Source: Octopus sinensis (taxonomy: Eukaryota). Taken from it: DNA of 64,000 bases. The translations under genes and the position numbers were made by a program. The stretch spans positions 8,122,001-8,186,000 of the forward strand of contig NC_042998.1 in the NCBI RefSeq assembly GCF_006345805.1, in the 5' to 3' direction. The stretch's first letter is position 1, and the number at the start of each line of letters is the position of its first letter. The notes below the pieces were generated by a model. That model did not search any database. It saw only the letters and a program-made list of their open reading frames with translations, and was not told where the DNA came from. This document shows, one piece after another, positions 51,898 to 64,000 of the stretch.

Positions 51898-52963
51898 CAC
51901 TTTTTAATTATTTTATTGAAGAAAAAAAGAGAAAAACACCTGTGTAAAGCATTTACAGAAGCAACCAATGACAAACGACTTTACATTTAATGCAAAATGC
52001 TAGCCGACTTATTTATAACGATGGCCATGAATATAGATTTCGGAAGGGCAGCGGCCGTAATAATCCAACACAGAGGAGCGTCAAATTGTCACAGAGACAT
52101 TGGGGAACATTGCACACATGTAAAGATTGTTGGTATTAATATACTCCCATTTTTCAAACACCATTATATGAGTGCGTGCGTGTGTGTGTGTGCGCCCGTG
52201 CGTGCGCACCTCTGAGGTTTCATGTAAGATTTCTGAGAGTTCCCGTAACAAAATAGTATAATTGAGGATCCACAATAGTATTTTAGGAGGCCATTACAAA
52301 ATGTTTGCTTTAGACGTATGCATTGCAAGAAACAGCTGAGTTTCTTTCTCGGACATTTTACATAGTTCAACCTACACAAGTTGATATCTAAAAAAACCAA
52401 GACAGGAGTTTTGAAAGAAGTCCTTGAAAATCTAGTTTCTAAATATTGAATGGCTATGGGTGTCTACTAGAATAATATAGTAATCACAAGGGTCCATAGA
52501 TCAAAAATAGTTGAGAAACACCTGCTTTGGAAGAATAAGTGTCATGTAAAAGAAATATCTTGTTATAAACGTAACCCTCTTTCATGAATGAGTTCGAAGG
52601 GAAGTTGTCCGTTTCATCGCTACACTCGCCTCAGAGCTGTAGTGTGTTCATGATATGTCGGTCAAAGTTGATATTCAAAAGTTGACATTCAATGCTGAGG
52701 GAGAACGCAGTGCATTGTTTCGATGAAGTATTCACCTTCAGAAGTAAAGCTGTTTTGGTGTCTGTTGAAATGCTCTTTCTAGCGCTTCAAAGTGTTCAAG
52801 ATTTAAATCTCTTTGGTTTTTTTCCCCGACGTTCCGCAGGGTTTCAGATGTTTGCATATTGTTTCAGGTATTAGAATGTTTTCTTGCCACTATTTATTTA
52901 TGTCTCTCTAAATAAACTGTGGCAATGGCTTTTTCTCGTGCATATGTTTCTGTGCTTATCTGC

Positions 52964-52994
<31 letters not shown>

Positions 52995-53624
52995 TGTGTG
53001 TGTTTGTGTGTGTGCGTGTGTATGTTTGTATGTGTGTATCCGTATTTATATTTACAAACCTTTAAACGACTTAAATTTACGAAATAGCATTCGCAAATAA
53101 AAGACGAATGCAAGTCTAAGACGGAAGACATCTGCCCAAACCCAATGGTACTGCCACTGAAAACGAACCTGGAACCACGCGGTTGCGAAGTCAGATTCTT
53201 TGTCACATGCGACTATGTGTACATTCTTAAATGTATACACACACATGCATACATAAACATACGTCTACACAAACTTACATATAGATACGCTCACACATGT
53301 ATATCCTCACACACACACCTATTTATATATGTATATAAAACTATGTCCATATATACATGTTTATACATTTTTTCTGTGACCGGTTTTTTTCCGTTATTTG
53401 AATGCAACCATGCTATGCCGGCATTTCAAGTTTGCTATTTATTTTATCATCGCAATTTTATTGAGCTGCCGTTGTAGAAGACATAGATGGACATAACATA
53501 AATAGAATGCTGGTCAACTTAATCGTAAATGTTGACTCGCTTAAATACACACCCACACAATTAAAAATGTACATTAGAATGTGCCTGTGTGTCTCTGTGT
53601 GTGAGTATGTGTGTATTTGTGTTA

Positions 53625-53845
53625 TACGAGTGGTTGCTGAAAATTTACTGGCTTTAAATGTCTCGCGAAAGGTCTGATTGGTCGGGGCCCAAACTTCCGA
53701 GCTCTTTTACAGGCTTAGAAAAATTGAAGGATTGCTGCAATAAGTAAGTGAATCTGAAGGGAATGTGTAGAATAAAATCATAATTAACTCATCCTCCTCT
53801 ATTTTCTTTCACCCAAAGCCAGGAACTTCTCAGGGCCCCACCGTA
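53625..53845 (+). mobile_element. Short mariner-derived MITE, sister of 15143-15347
   Basis: TA-TACGAG ... CGTA-TA; GCTTAGAAAAATTGAAGGA..GCAATAAG core shared. Confidence 0.7.
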
Positions 53846-53866
53846 TATACGCTTGTGTGAGTGTAG

Positions 53867-53899
<33 letters not shown>

Positions 53900-54209
53900 T
53901 TTTTTTATGCGCCCTTTTCAAGCCTAGCCAGGCTCATGGGCCCAGTTTCCCGGTTTCTGTGGCGGATGTGTTCCCCCCAGCTGGACGGGACGCCAGTCCA
54001 TCGCACCGTTACTCAAGAAATGGAAGAGAGAGTGAAAGAAAGTTGGAGCGAAAGAGTACAACAGGGTTCGCCACCACCCCTGCCGGAACCTTGTGGAGCT
54101 TTAGGTGTTTTCGCTCAATAAACACACACAACGCCCGATCTGGGAATCAATGTCGCGATCCTCCGACTGCGAATCCGCTGCCCTAACCACGGGGCCATTG
54201 CGCCTCCAC
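53900..54209 (-). mobile_element. SINE family C, tail type 4
   Basis: Family C head and core with the tail found on the family D copy at 45672. Confidence 0.82.
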
Positions 54210-54979
54210 ATATATAGGTATATACAAGTATAAATACACACACATACACACAGACACACTCTACTTTTACGTGTTTCAGCAGCAAGATAAGTTGTACATT
54301 CTCTTCCATTAAATATGCACTGCAAAGTAAGGATGCCTTTGTACTAAGATATTCGTATTATCTGAGAGTAATTTTCAAATTTCTTATCGACAGGAAATGC
54401 AAGAAACTAACCTGACTCGGGTAATGTATGTAGTACAATGTAAAAACATACTTCAATAAATAACTGCTTTTGAAGTTATCTCTCTATTTGTACAGAAAGC
54501 TAAATAAAGTTGCGATGAAATTAATTCTCCCACTATAAAATTGTTATGCTAAAATTATTATTATTATTATTATCTTTTCGCATGAACAACAGAGAGAAAA
54601 GCAAGCCAAAATGCACGTTATGCATTAACGTGTTAATTGGGAAGATCCCCGTAGAGCTGAGATAATTTTCCATCGTGTCAATTTTCTGACCTAATTTTCA
54701 TTCTTGGGTGGAAACCTCTCGCTTCACTTACGTCACTAATACCCTTGTGAACGGTATCAGCAGAATATTTCCCTGTTCTCTTATAGCTACAATATTTTAT
54801 GTCATAGTTGTTTGTCTTGTCACTTCCCCGTTCAAATTCTTTTTGAGTTCAATTTCAATTTTTTACACTTGATATTTCTAAATTTCACCGACATCGCGAA
54901 TATTTTTGAAATCCCAATAAATGTTTAAAATAATAATAGTTTTGAACACCTTTTGTATATAAGAATATTGATATCTACT

Positions 54980-55348
54980 GTGGAGGCGCAATGGCCCAGT
55001 GGTTAGGGCAGCGGACTCGCGGTCATAGGATCGCGGTTTCGATTCCCAGACCGGGCGTTGTGAGTGTTTATTGAGCGAAAACACCTAAAGCTTCACGAGG
55101 CTCCGGCAGGGGATGGTGGTGATCCCTGCTGTACTCTTTCTCTTACTTCCTGTTTCTGTTGTACCTGTATTTCAAAGGGCCGGCCTTGTCACTCTCTGTG
55201 TCACGCTGAATATCCCCGAGAACTACGTTAAGGGTGCACGTGTCTGTGGAGTGCTCAGCCACTTACACGTTAATTTCACGAGCAGGCTGTTCCGTTGATT
55301 GGATCAACCGGAACCCTCGTCGTCGTAACCGACGGAGTGCTTCCATCC
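54980..55348 (+). mobile_element. SINE family C, tail type 3, full length
   Basis: tRNA-like head GGCGCAATGGCCCAGTGGTTAGGG..GGTTTCGATTCCC; 13-bp TSD ATTGATATCTACT at 54967-54979 and 55349-55361. Confidence 0.9.
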
Positions 55349-55530
55349 ATTGATATCTACTACTACATATTTTGGTCCTTTCCTATGAACAACTTTATAT
55401 TCTTTATTTTCATTGGCAAAGTAAGATAAGCCCAAAATTTCTACTTTTATTTCTACACTAATCTTTTTGTAATACACCAACACATACCCGGTTATAGAAG
55501 ATTCTAAATTTAAATCCGCTTCGACTATGT

Positions 55531-55880
55531 CAGAGGTTGGTAAACAGGGGTAAATTACCCCAAGTGGGGTTAAAATGAAATTCTTGAGAATAATGAGGAC
55601 TCATTAGACATAAATAAAATTATATAAAAAAAAAGCCTGTTCTTTGTTATGAGAGAATTTAATTTTTTTTTGCATGAGGAAGCAGTCAAAAAGTTGCTTG
55701 CCTTTTGCAACAACTTATCTTTGTGAAAAAATATTTTCCACTCCAATGAACATAAAAACAAAGCAAAGTAATCGATTGGACCCCGAAGACTGTATCGAAA
55801 TTGCTCTGGCATCAAAATGCCCCAATTTTGATGCAATTGTAACGAAAATGAAACATCATCTCTCCAAAATCTGAAGTGAA
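55531..55880 (+). pseudogene. hAT (Buster/Charlie-like) transposase remnant, C-terminal dimerisation domain
   Basis: LPFATTYLCEKIFS..NIKTKQSNRLDPED..IAL; CAGAGGTTGGTAAAC resembles a hAT TIR at 55531. Confidence 0.65.
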
Positions 55881-56338
55881 AATTTTCCAGAAAAATCCTT
55901 TTATTTCATAATGAAGATATTAATTTATTTCATTGCATTTGTTTTATACTATTTATAATTATAATTATATTCTCCATATAAATAGATTCAATAAATCCTT
56001 TGAATTCAAAGAATCTATGATTTTCTTCCTTTCAAATCAAGCGGATAACATCGGCACAAATATAATATAGTTTGCGGTAATTGCTTAAAAAGTTTCCCCG
56101 ACCCTTGGACTATCTCAAAGTTTAATGGTTTGCTGGTGAGGTCTGTTTGTATCTCTTCGTTTAATTGTATTCCGGCAAAATGATGATTTTACGTATAAAT
56201 GTACACTTCATAGGTTATCATACGCTACTCAGAGTGCGAATAAGGCGAAACTAAGTTTACACTGATATTTATGTTCAGTTCTGTAAGCTGTTACCATGTG
56301 AGCTGTTGCTTCTTCTTCTTCTTTTCAGGACTCACGCC

Positions 56339-56807
56339 ATTAACCACAAAGAATAATCTCTAATTCGAGCCTACTCTAAGCTACTAAGAATGCGTGTGGC
56401 AACTTGAAGATCCACCCACCACACGCGATAGATTGGCGGTTGCACGGGCGCGAAAGCTACGTTGTTATCCTCATTCCGTAAATGGTGGCTTTTAATGGGT
56501 GGAGAGCTGAATCATTCTGGGGTACAGAGGATTCGCAATCTAGACTAAGGTCTGAAAGTTTACGACACCATAGTGGGTTACACGATGGTTCCTCTGCTTT
56601 GTGGCAGAAGTAGGAAGAAAGAGTGAGAGAAAGTTGTGGTGAAAGAGTACAGCGGGGTTCACCACACACAGATACCCCGCCGTCGGAGCCTCGTGGAGCT
56701 TAGGTGTTTTTCCTCAATAAACACTCATAATGCCCGGTCTGGGAATCGAAACCATGTTCTTACGACCGCGAGTCCGCTGCCCTAACCACTGGACCATTGC
56801 GCCTCCA
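56339..56807 (-). mobile_element. SINE family C, tail type 1
   Basis: Colinear with 32228-32680. Confidence 0.86.
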
Positions 56808-57225
56808 ACCCCTGCTGTTGCTGGCGCTACTTAGTTCTAGATCAGCCTTCTTTAAGCAGATCAATGATAATTTTTTCCAATAGTGACCACCCCAATTTTT
56901 CAGGAGTGATGAATCTAAGATTACATTATTCAAAAATCATTTTCTTTAGAATAGTAACATAGAATTCGCTGGAGACTTCGTTGTTATTTCCATATGTTCG
57001 AATGATTGTATAGAGATTTCTTCATTCGCTCATTGAATCTATTGTTGTTTTGTGATTTTCGGCGGTTTTCCCACAAAAGTTTATCTGACAAGATAAACTA
57101 TTTATCTCTGAACTGAATAACCGCGATTTCATATTTCTCAGTGTCATTCCGGTGGGGAAAAAGAGACCAATAAACCTTCTCACCGATTTCAAAATAGCTC
57201 AAAAAACAATGTAATAATAAGCCTT

Positions 57226-57441
57226 TCTACTATAGGCACAAGGCCTGAATTTTTTTTTTTTTTTTTTGTGGTGGGGAGGAATAATTGATTACATCGATCC
57301 TAGTGTTTACTTAATTTATTGACCCCGAAAGAATGAAAGGCAAAGTCGACCTCGGCAAAATTTAAACTCAGAACGTAAAAACGAATGTAAAGCCGTTAAG
57401 CATTTTGCTTGGTGTGCTAACGATTCTGCTAGCTAGCAGCC

Positions 57442-57443
<2 letters not shown>
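57226..57443 (-). mobile_element. SINE family A with alternative tail
   Basis: Core matches family A; tail TCTACTATAGGCACAAGGCCTGAA. Confidence 0.78.
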
Positions 57444-57486
<43 letters not shown>

Positions 57487-57504
57487 TAATAATAATAATA
57501 ATAA

Positions 57505-57935
57505 GGATCTTTCGGTTTGAACGGCAGTTTTTTCTAGCGGTGTCATATGAAATTGTCACCCATAATTATGACCCTAGTAATGATCTATTGCATTTCAATC
57601 TATTTTAGGGTTAGGGTTAGTTAGGGTTAGAGTTAGGGTTAGAGGAAGGGTATCTTTTTTTCTTCACAAATGTAAATAAACCCAATCTGTTTCTTAAACG
57701 AGGGACATATTCATACGGCACAGAATGTTTTTTTCCTCAATGGACGTCAGTGATTGGTTGAAATTGCAGAAATTGAAGAAAAAAAACAACAAATATCTTA
57801 CAAACTATAGAATTTTCTTAATAAAGCCAAGAGAAAAAGATGTTTTATAAACACATTCTACCAGTATAGGAAGTTTAAAATTTTTTAATTACCTAGAAAT
57901 TATGTTAAAACCTGCCGTTCAAACCTAAAAGATAC
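57505..57935 (-). mobile_element. MITE family copy 4, in (TAA)n
   Basis: Same TIRs; TSD AATAATAA; TTAGGG-like tract at 57604-57643. Confidence 0.86.
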
Positions 57936-57969
57936 AATAATAATAATAATAGTTTCAAATTTTGCCACT

Positions 57970-58105
57970 GCTACTTACTTTATCAACTCCAAAAGGGTGA
58001 AAGGCAAAGTCGACCTTGGCGAAATTTGAACTCAGAACATAAAGACAGACGAAATACGGCTAAGTATTTTGCCCGGTGTGCTAACGACTTTTCCAGCTCG
58101 CGTCC
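57970..58105 (-). mobile_element. SINE family A, 5' part
   Basis: GAAAGGCAAAGTCGACCTTGGCGAAATTTGAACTCAGAAC..CCAGCTCGC. Confidence 0.72.
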
Positions 58106-59070
58106 GTAATGTATTTAAATTGATAACAATGATCTTCCACCAGAGCCAATGACGCATTTCACTCTTGTTCTACTGCACGAACGACCTATATCTGTTACTG
58201 ATCTCCTTGAAGCCGTAAAATAGTATCAGAATTACTCGCAGATGCTTGCTAACCTTGTCTTTAGTATAAAAGACAATGTTGTAGTAAAAGCTATGATATT
58301 CTCCAGATGGTTTCTAACCTTAACACAAAATACACTAAACATTCCATTTCCGACACCACCACTAACTAAGCATTTCACGTACTTTTATTCTATAAATATC
58401 CACTTAAAATACCACGATACAGAAATATTATATAATGCATTTCTCTTCTCCGTAACTCTCGAAATATCATTAACTGTCTTCACACACAGATTTTTAAAAA
58501 AATTTCTTTCGCGTTTAATTATTCAGGTTATGAATTCTGCAGCTGATTGAATCCTTAGAGATCCAGCCTTTTAAATAGAAGCTCATCTCTTCATCTTCAT
58601 ATTTTGTACGTTTGTCGCATTGCGCTTCTACTAACGATGTAACTTGCAACAACAGCAAGAACTGAAGGTTATATTTCTGTACTAAAAGCAGCTAGTGACA
58701 CTCTATAACGGCCGCTTATGTTTTTTCAGTATTTGCAATGTTGAGAATATATCACTTGGATTGAAACTTTAAGCAATTGAACTAAATTATTTACATATTG
58801 CTATCATGTAATATATACCAACAGTACGTTAGTGATTTCCTTCTTAATAATAAGAAAATTACCGTCACATTGAAAATCGAATAATAGAATATTCATCGAT
58901 AAGCCAGTAACTACCTTAGTAAACGTTTAAAAATGTAATACATTTAGCAGATGGTTTTGTTGAGATATGTCGGAGATATATCTGCAAATAATTATAAACT
59001 TCTAAACACATATAAATGTATATACATTATTTACATTTGACAGATATTTGTCCTCATCTTGTTTGTTGTT

Positions 59071-59116
59071 AACACAACGTTTCGGCTGATATACCCTCCA
59101 GCCTTCATCAGGCGTC
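59071..59116 (-). ncRNA. Minimal type I hammerhead ribozyme in PLE-like remnant 59018-59147
   Basis: Minus strand GACGC-CTGATGA-A-GGCTG GAGGGTATAT CAGCC-GAAA-CG-TT-GTGTT; ACGT palindromic stem III. Confidence 0.75.
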
Positions 59117-59223
59117 TTTGGGAAATTTCGAACCTGGGTTTGAAATATGTGTGTGTGTGTGTGCAGACATATAAATGTATAAGTCTGCACACACACACAC
59201 ATACACATGCATACTTTTATTAA

Positions 59224-59637
59224 GGTGCAGGAGTGGCTGTGTGGTAAGTAGCTTGCTAACTAACCACATGGTTCCGGGTTTAGTCCCACTCTGTGGCATC
59301 TTGGGCAAGTGTCTTCTGCTATATCCCCGGGCCGACCAATGCCTTGTGAGTGGATTTGGTAGACGGAAACTGAAAGAAGCCTGTCGTATATATGTATATA
59401 TATATATGTATGTGTGTGTGTTTGTGTGTCTGTGTTTGTCCCCCTAGCATTGCTTGACAACCGATGCTGGTGTGTTTACGTCCCCGTCACTTAGCGGTTC
59501 GGCAAAAGTGACCCATAGAATAAGTACTGGGCTTACAAAGAATAAGTCCCGGGGTATTTTGCTCGACTAAAGGGGGTGCTCCAGCATGGCCGCAGTCAAA
59601 TGACTGAAACAAGTAAAAGAATAAAAAGAGTAAAGAG
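59224..59637 (+). mobile_element. SINE family B, full length
   Basis: Colinear with the 27150 copy. Confidence 0.88.
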
Positions 59638-59670
<33 letters not shown>

Positions 59671-59685
59671 ATATAGAGAGAGATG

Positions 59686-59840
<155 letters not shown>

Positions 59841-60373
59841 CATGTACATATATATAATTGCTACTATAGAATTTTGTCTGCAACAGTTAGATGCGTACTT
59901 AACCGTGGTATGACCAGCATCTTTCCTCATGCCTCTTGGAACTTATACCCACATCTTTATGAGTAGATTTATCTTCTCTGGGATGTTAATAATCATTTTA
60001 AAAACTTTGTATTGTTGGCAAACATATATAGTCTGCTTGGAATCTTACTTCAGATTCATGGAACTCACTCCCATAACTTCATAAGGATATTTACACTCTC
60101 TAAGATATTTGAAAAACCTATATGTGATTTAGCTGATGAATACTTGACATTATATTTGCTGTAATATTTGCAGCTTGAAATAAAATGTTTGTAGTATGAA
60201 ACAATTGTACTAATCTACCGATTCATTTTTGTTGCTTTTTTCTTGTGTATATATATATATATATAATATATATATAAAGGGAAAGTTTACGAAAATAAAC
60301 AAAAGACGAAGGCAGGTGGAGTACAAACAAACAAATGTATTAGTATAGCGCTCAGGAATAGAAATAGAAAAAG

Positions 60374-60411
60374 TCTTTTACGTTTCGAGCCTACGCTCTT
60401 CGACAGAAAGA
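60374..60411 (-). ncRNA. Hammerhead-like motif with A6U core change in PLE-like remnant (about 60275-60430)
   Basis: Minus strand TCTTT-CTGTCGA-A-GAGC GTAG GCTC-GAAA-CG-TA-AAAGA. Confidence 0.5.
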
Positions 60412-61541
60412 TATACAGAAAAAAACAAGGCAATATCGTATTCTTATTGAATATTTCATAGTCACTGTGATAATGAAAAATAATGGCAACCCCCAACACA
60501 TTTTTTAAGTTCAGAACTCGATTCGAACATTCTAGAATACTATACCAAATTAAAGCCATATAAAATAGAATGCACTTTTTAATCTCTGCGTATATTTTTG
60601 TCTGTTGTTTGTTTGTTTGTTTTTTCTTTTTTGCCAAGTGAGAAGGATTAACACTCTTGACGCCCACTGGCCTTCCAAAGTTAGTGAGGTTGACTTGCTT
60701 CAGATTCAGGTTCAACTTCTGCAGGTTGACATTTGCAACATAAATATAGAGGAGGAAAAGAACTTCTGCAACACTTGAGAAATAAGTTTGCGCAATTTAT
60801 TTTGTGCCAAGATACGTTGTGTGGGTAAGACAAGGCATGGTGTGGTACGATGAGAAGAGTCACTCTGGACGTAGTTTCTGGATTACTAGTTTACAACCAT
60901 TTTTTTTACCAATCAATTTTTTACTTTTTATATTATCAAATGTTTGAATTTAGTGAGAATAATTATTTAAAGGTTATTTTACTTTTCCCGTTTCACAATG
61001 ACGAGAAAACACAATCAAATCGGGAACAAATAAATCTACAGCTCACGTCATCGTCATCATCATCGTCATCAGTATTTACGATATCGACATTTCTACTATA
61101 CTTACCATTTAAAACTAGAGCCAAATTGTGACCCTCTAGAATCACTCTAGGGTCACTTCAGCAACCCTCTAGAGTTTTTCAGATGCTAGATTTACCTGAT
61201 CACCCTAAAACAGGATATACGTATTGGAAAATATATTCTTAGACATAAAAATTACAGTTATACTTTAATCAAAAACATACTGGATAAGAGCTAGCAACAT
61301 CTACTTCTATTATAACTTCAGCAACTCTTATTTTCTATATATTAAGCAAAAGTAATGTTTTCATTTGGAAATATGTTTTTTTTTTAAAGAAATCATTTTA
61401 GTGTCTAATGCAAAGTATTTCCTTCATATTCCTCACCTTGTAAAAAGAATTTAGTTAGTTAGTTAGTTAGTTAGTTAATTTGGCTCAAAAGCAAATAGCA
61501 AGGCCATGTAGGGGGACATGGAGTTAAGTACAGGGTGGTGT

Positions 61542-63056
61542 TCATGTAAAGAGTTCAGGCCACTTGAGGTCCAGGGAGGCTTTGAACAAAGCGGTCGTCG
61601 GCATCTTCACCATCTCGTCTGGCAGCTTGTTCCACGGATCCGCAACCCGGACGGAGAAAGCTCCTCTCCTTGGATTAAGATGAAATCGTCGCAGGTAGAG
61701 CTTTTCGGAATGACCCCGCAGCCGACGCTCTGGAGCAGGAGTGAAGAACAGCTCTTTCGAGAGGTTACACTTTCCGCTTATGATGTTGTGGGCGAGAATG
61801 AGATCACCACGGCGGCGGCGTTTTTCAAGAGAATAAAGGTCGAGCGTCCTCAGCCTTTCTTCGTAGGACAAATTTTTGAGACCATGAAACATGCGGGTAG
61901 CTAGCTTCTGGACTCTTTCGAGATGCTGTATGTCATTGAGGAGATAAGGAGAAGAGGCTTGAATCCCATACTCCAATATGGGTCTCACCAGCGTGACATA
62001 TAGTGGTAGGAATATGGCTGCCGTGAGCATTCCGAATGACCGTCGAATCAAGAACAGAATTCCGCGTGCTTTGTTGGCAGCATGGACGCACTGGGCCGAA
62101 GGCGAAAAGGAGGAATCCACCAAGATACCCAGGTCCTTTACCTGATCGGTCCTCTCCAGCAACAGACGACCCGGCTCGAAATCAAGTTGAGTTGCAGGAG
62201 TAGAGCCGACAGGCAGATGACAGCACTTTGACACGTTCAGACACAGGTCCCAATCGTTAGACCACTTCCAAATTTGGTGGAGGCATCGACGAAGATTCTC
62301 TATATTACCGCGAGGAGCGACCAGTTTGATATCGTCGGCAAATAGAAGGGTGTGTTGCGTGAGGTCGTCGGGCAAGTCATTTATGAAGACTAAGAACAAC
62401 AAGGGCCCAAGCACTGAACCTTGAGGCACGCCACTGCTCGCACTGGAGACGTCGGACCGCGAACCATTAACTTGGACTTGGAAGGAGCGATCTGAGAGGA
62501 AGGCACCAACCCATCGTCCAATATCCGGATGGAAACTATATGCTTGAAGCTTGACAAGTAATAGGCGGTGGTTTACCGAGTCAAAAGCTTTGGCAAAGTC
62601 CAATAAAACGATGTCAACAGCATCACTATCATCGAGGATGCGCGTCACCAATTCTTCCATTACTAGTAAGTTGGTCAAGCATGATCTCTTCGGCACGAAG
62701 CCGTGTTGGGAATCAGAGATAGAAGCTGTGTTTAGGAGGTGGAGCATCATACTTTTCTTAAGGATGGTTTCGAACATCTTGCTGATTATTGATGTAAGGG
62801 AAACCGGTCGGTAGTTAAGCGGGTCTTCGCGGCTCCCTTTCTTGAAAATTGGGCAGATTATCGCTGTTCTCCAGTCTGCAGGTATAACACCCGTCGCCAA
62901 TGACATATTGAATAGTCGTGTTAAGGGCTCGCAGATGACCGGAGCCAATGCTTTGATAACCCGTGGGTGTATGCCGTCAGGGCCGTGACCCTTGTTGACA
63001 TCGAGGCCTTGAATAACACGTTTGACTTCGTCCCGCGTGATGACCAATCGAAGCAT
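61542..63056 (-). CDS. CR1-type reverse transcriptase portion of ORF2 (504 aa open frame)
   Basis: GPDGIHP, NYRPVSLTS, QHGF..KRSC, DFAKAFDSV, GVPQGSVLGPLLF, LFADDIKL. Confidence 0.9.
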   Translation of the reverse strand: MLRLVITRDEVKRVIQGLDVNKGHGPDGIHPRVIKALAPVICEPLTRLFNMSLATGVIPADWRTAIICPIFKKGSREDPLNYRPVSLTSIISKMFETILKKSMMLHLLNTASISDSQHGFVPKRSCLTNLLVMEELVTRILDDSDAVDIVLLDFAKAFDSVNHRLLLVKLQAYSFHPDIGRWVGAFLSDRSFQVQVNGSRSDVSSASSGVPQGSVLGPLLFLVFINDLPDDLTQHTLLFADDIKLVAPRGNIENLRRCLHQIWKWSNDWDLCLNVSKCCHLPVGSTPATQLDFEPGRLLLERTDQVKDLGILVDSSFSPSAQCVHAANKARGILFLIRRSFGMLTAAIFLPLYVTLVRPILEYGIQASSPYLLNDIQHLERVQKLATRMFHGLKNLSYEERLRTLDLYSLEKRRRRGDLILAHNIISGKCNLSKELFFTPAPERRLRGHSEKLYLRRFHLNPRRGAFSVRVADPWNKLPDEMVKMPTTALFKASLDLKWPELFT

Positions 63057-63309
63057 TGGAGGTACCGATCTATCAAATGGAGGGGGTTCACGACATCATC
63101 TTGTTTGAAAATAGTTGAAAAAGCCTCGGCAAATAATTGACTCTGTTGATAAGGGTCCTCAATCGATACGCCTGTTGAGTCTACCAACGTTGCAATCTGG
63201 TTGTTCAAGCGGGAATTCCGCTGGACATGGGCAAAGAAGGTTTTTGGATTGCTACTGGCATTTGCCGCGATTTTGTATTCATAACTGAAGCGTTCTTTCT
63301 TTTCAATTT

Positions 63310-64000
63310 TCACGGCTCGGTCTCGTTGAGTTTTGTACACCTCAAAAGCTGCAGTCGAATCCAGATTTTTGAATTCAGCCCAAGCATATCTCTGAGTCGA
63401 CGTTCTCGTTTAACTTTCTTCGTCACCCAGGGCTTGTGTTTCTTCCTCTTGGGAAGCCCAACGGGAACTGCCTGGTCAGTCAAACAGATTACATATGCTT
63501 TGAGGGATGACCATAGTTCGTCAACTGAGGACAACGTCATCAGGGATCGCCAGTCCAGAAGCGCGGAAGCCTCGGTTAGAATTTCAAGATTAATTGCAGA
63601 GAAGACTCTACGTGGCAGCGAAGTAGTCGTGGGCGTAGAAAAAGTTGTGTGCATGACGAACTTCAGGACCGCATGATCACTCTTGGCAAGAGGGGCGCAC
63701 ACAGATACGTCTGACACTGATCTTGGATAGCGGGAGAATACCAGATCCAGCATAGATGGCTGCTGCCCAGACCGATGCCTTGTCGGATATTCAACATGTT
63801 GCGATAGAAAACAATCTTCAGCCACGTCAAGAAGGGCCTGGCCAAACCGGGAAGATGTTGTACAAATTGATGCGGGCCAATCGATCGTGGAAGCGTTGAA
63901 GTCTCCTAGTACCAAACAGTCATGCGAAGCTGAAACGAATCTTATCGCTTCGAGTAAATGAGCATCGTCCTGGGGGTCGGCAAGGGGCGGCCTGTAGACA
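63310..64000 (-). pseudogene. APE-type endonuclease portion of the same ORF2 (frameshifted from RT)
   Basis: VYRPP, LGDFNA, PTR..LDLVF, SDH motifs. Confidence 0.85.

Larger units (their letters stand above)
61451..64000 (-). mobile_element. CR1-clade LINE (ORF2: APE endonuclease plus RT), continues beyond the window
   Basis: (TAAC)n tail at 61451-61477; short 3' UTR with CCATGT..ACATGG hairpin; ORF2 broken by two frameshifts (about 63390 and 63085). Confidence 0.92.

Noticed and set aside
52205-52525. Possible hAT MITE ending GTTGAGAAACACCTG
   Set aside because: Only one TIR-like end was recognised, with no matching left TIR or 8-bp TSD.
54980-55060. tRNA-like heads as real tRNA genes
   Set aside because: They lack a complete acceptor stem and continue into SINE core and tail with TSDs.
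57604-57643. TTAGGG repeats as a telomere or fusion scar
   Set aside because: Short, degenerate and internal to a MITE present in four copies.
59900-60130. Possible CR1 RT relic (LYMFANNTKF resembling FADDTK)
   Set aside because: A single weak motif among many stops; insufficient support.

Overview
AT-rich, microsatellite-dense eukaryotic window with no recognisable host-gene exon (intergenic or deep intronic). The tRNA-derived SINE families resemble those of Octopus, so the species call is an inference. Ordinary content: about 20 SINE copies from 4 families, CR1-, RTE- and R4/Dong-like LINE fragments, a nearly complete CR1-like ORF2 running off the right edge, one ORF-intact 1.2-kb mariner, mariner-, Merlin/hAT-like and Helitron-type non-autonomous elements. 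Main result: about 24 minimal type-I hammerhead ribozyme (HHR) motifs from about 8 non-coding repeat families, most flanked by (TA)n or TA-rich microsatellite. Three families form tandem arrays of near-identical units (about 533, 481 and 562 bp; one HHR per unit). Each array flips orientation once, so the ribozyme-sense strands point outward from the junction; a fourth inverted pair has the same polarity. This is the architecture expected of Penelope-like-element (PLE)-derived non-autonomous retrozymes (self-cleaved or circular RNA, rolling-circle reverse transcription, priming at both ends in TA repeats). No PLE RT/GIY-YIG ORF is present in the window. All folds were read by eye and cleavage is untested. 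Scattered 1-nt indels between units suggest long-read noise, so the fold-backs need read-level validation.
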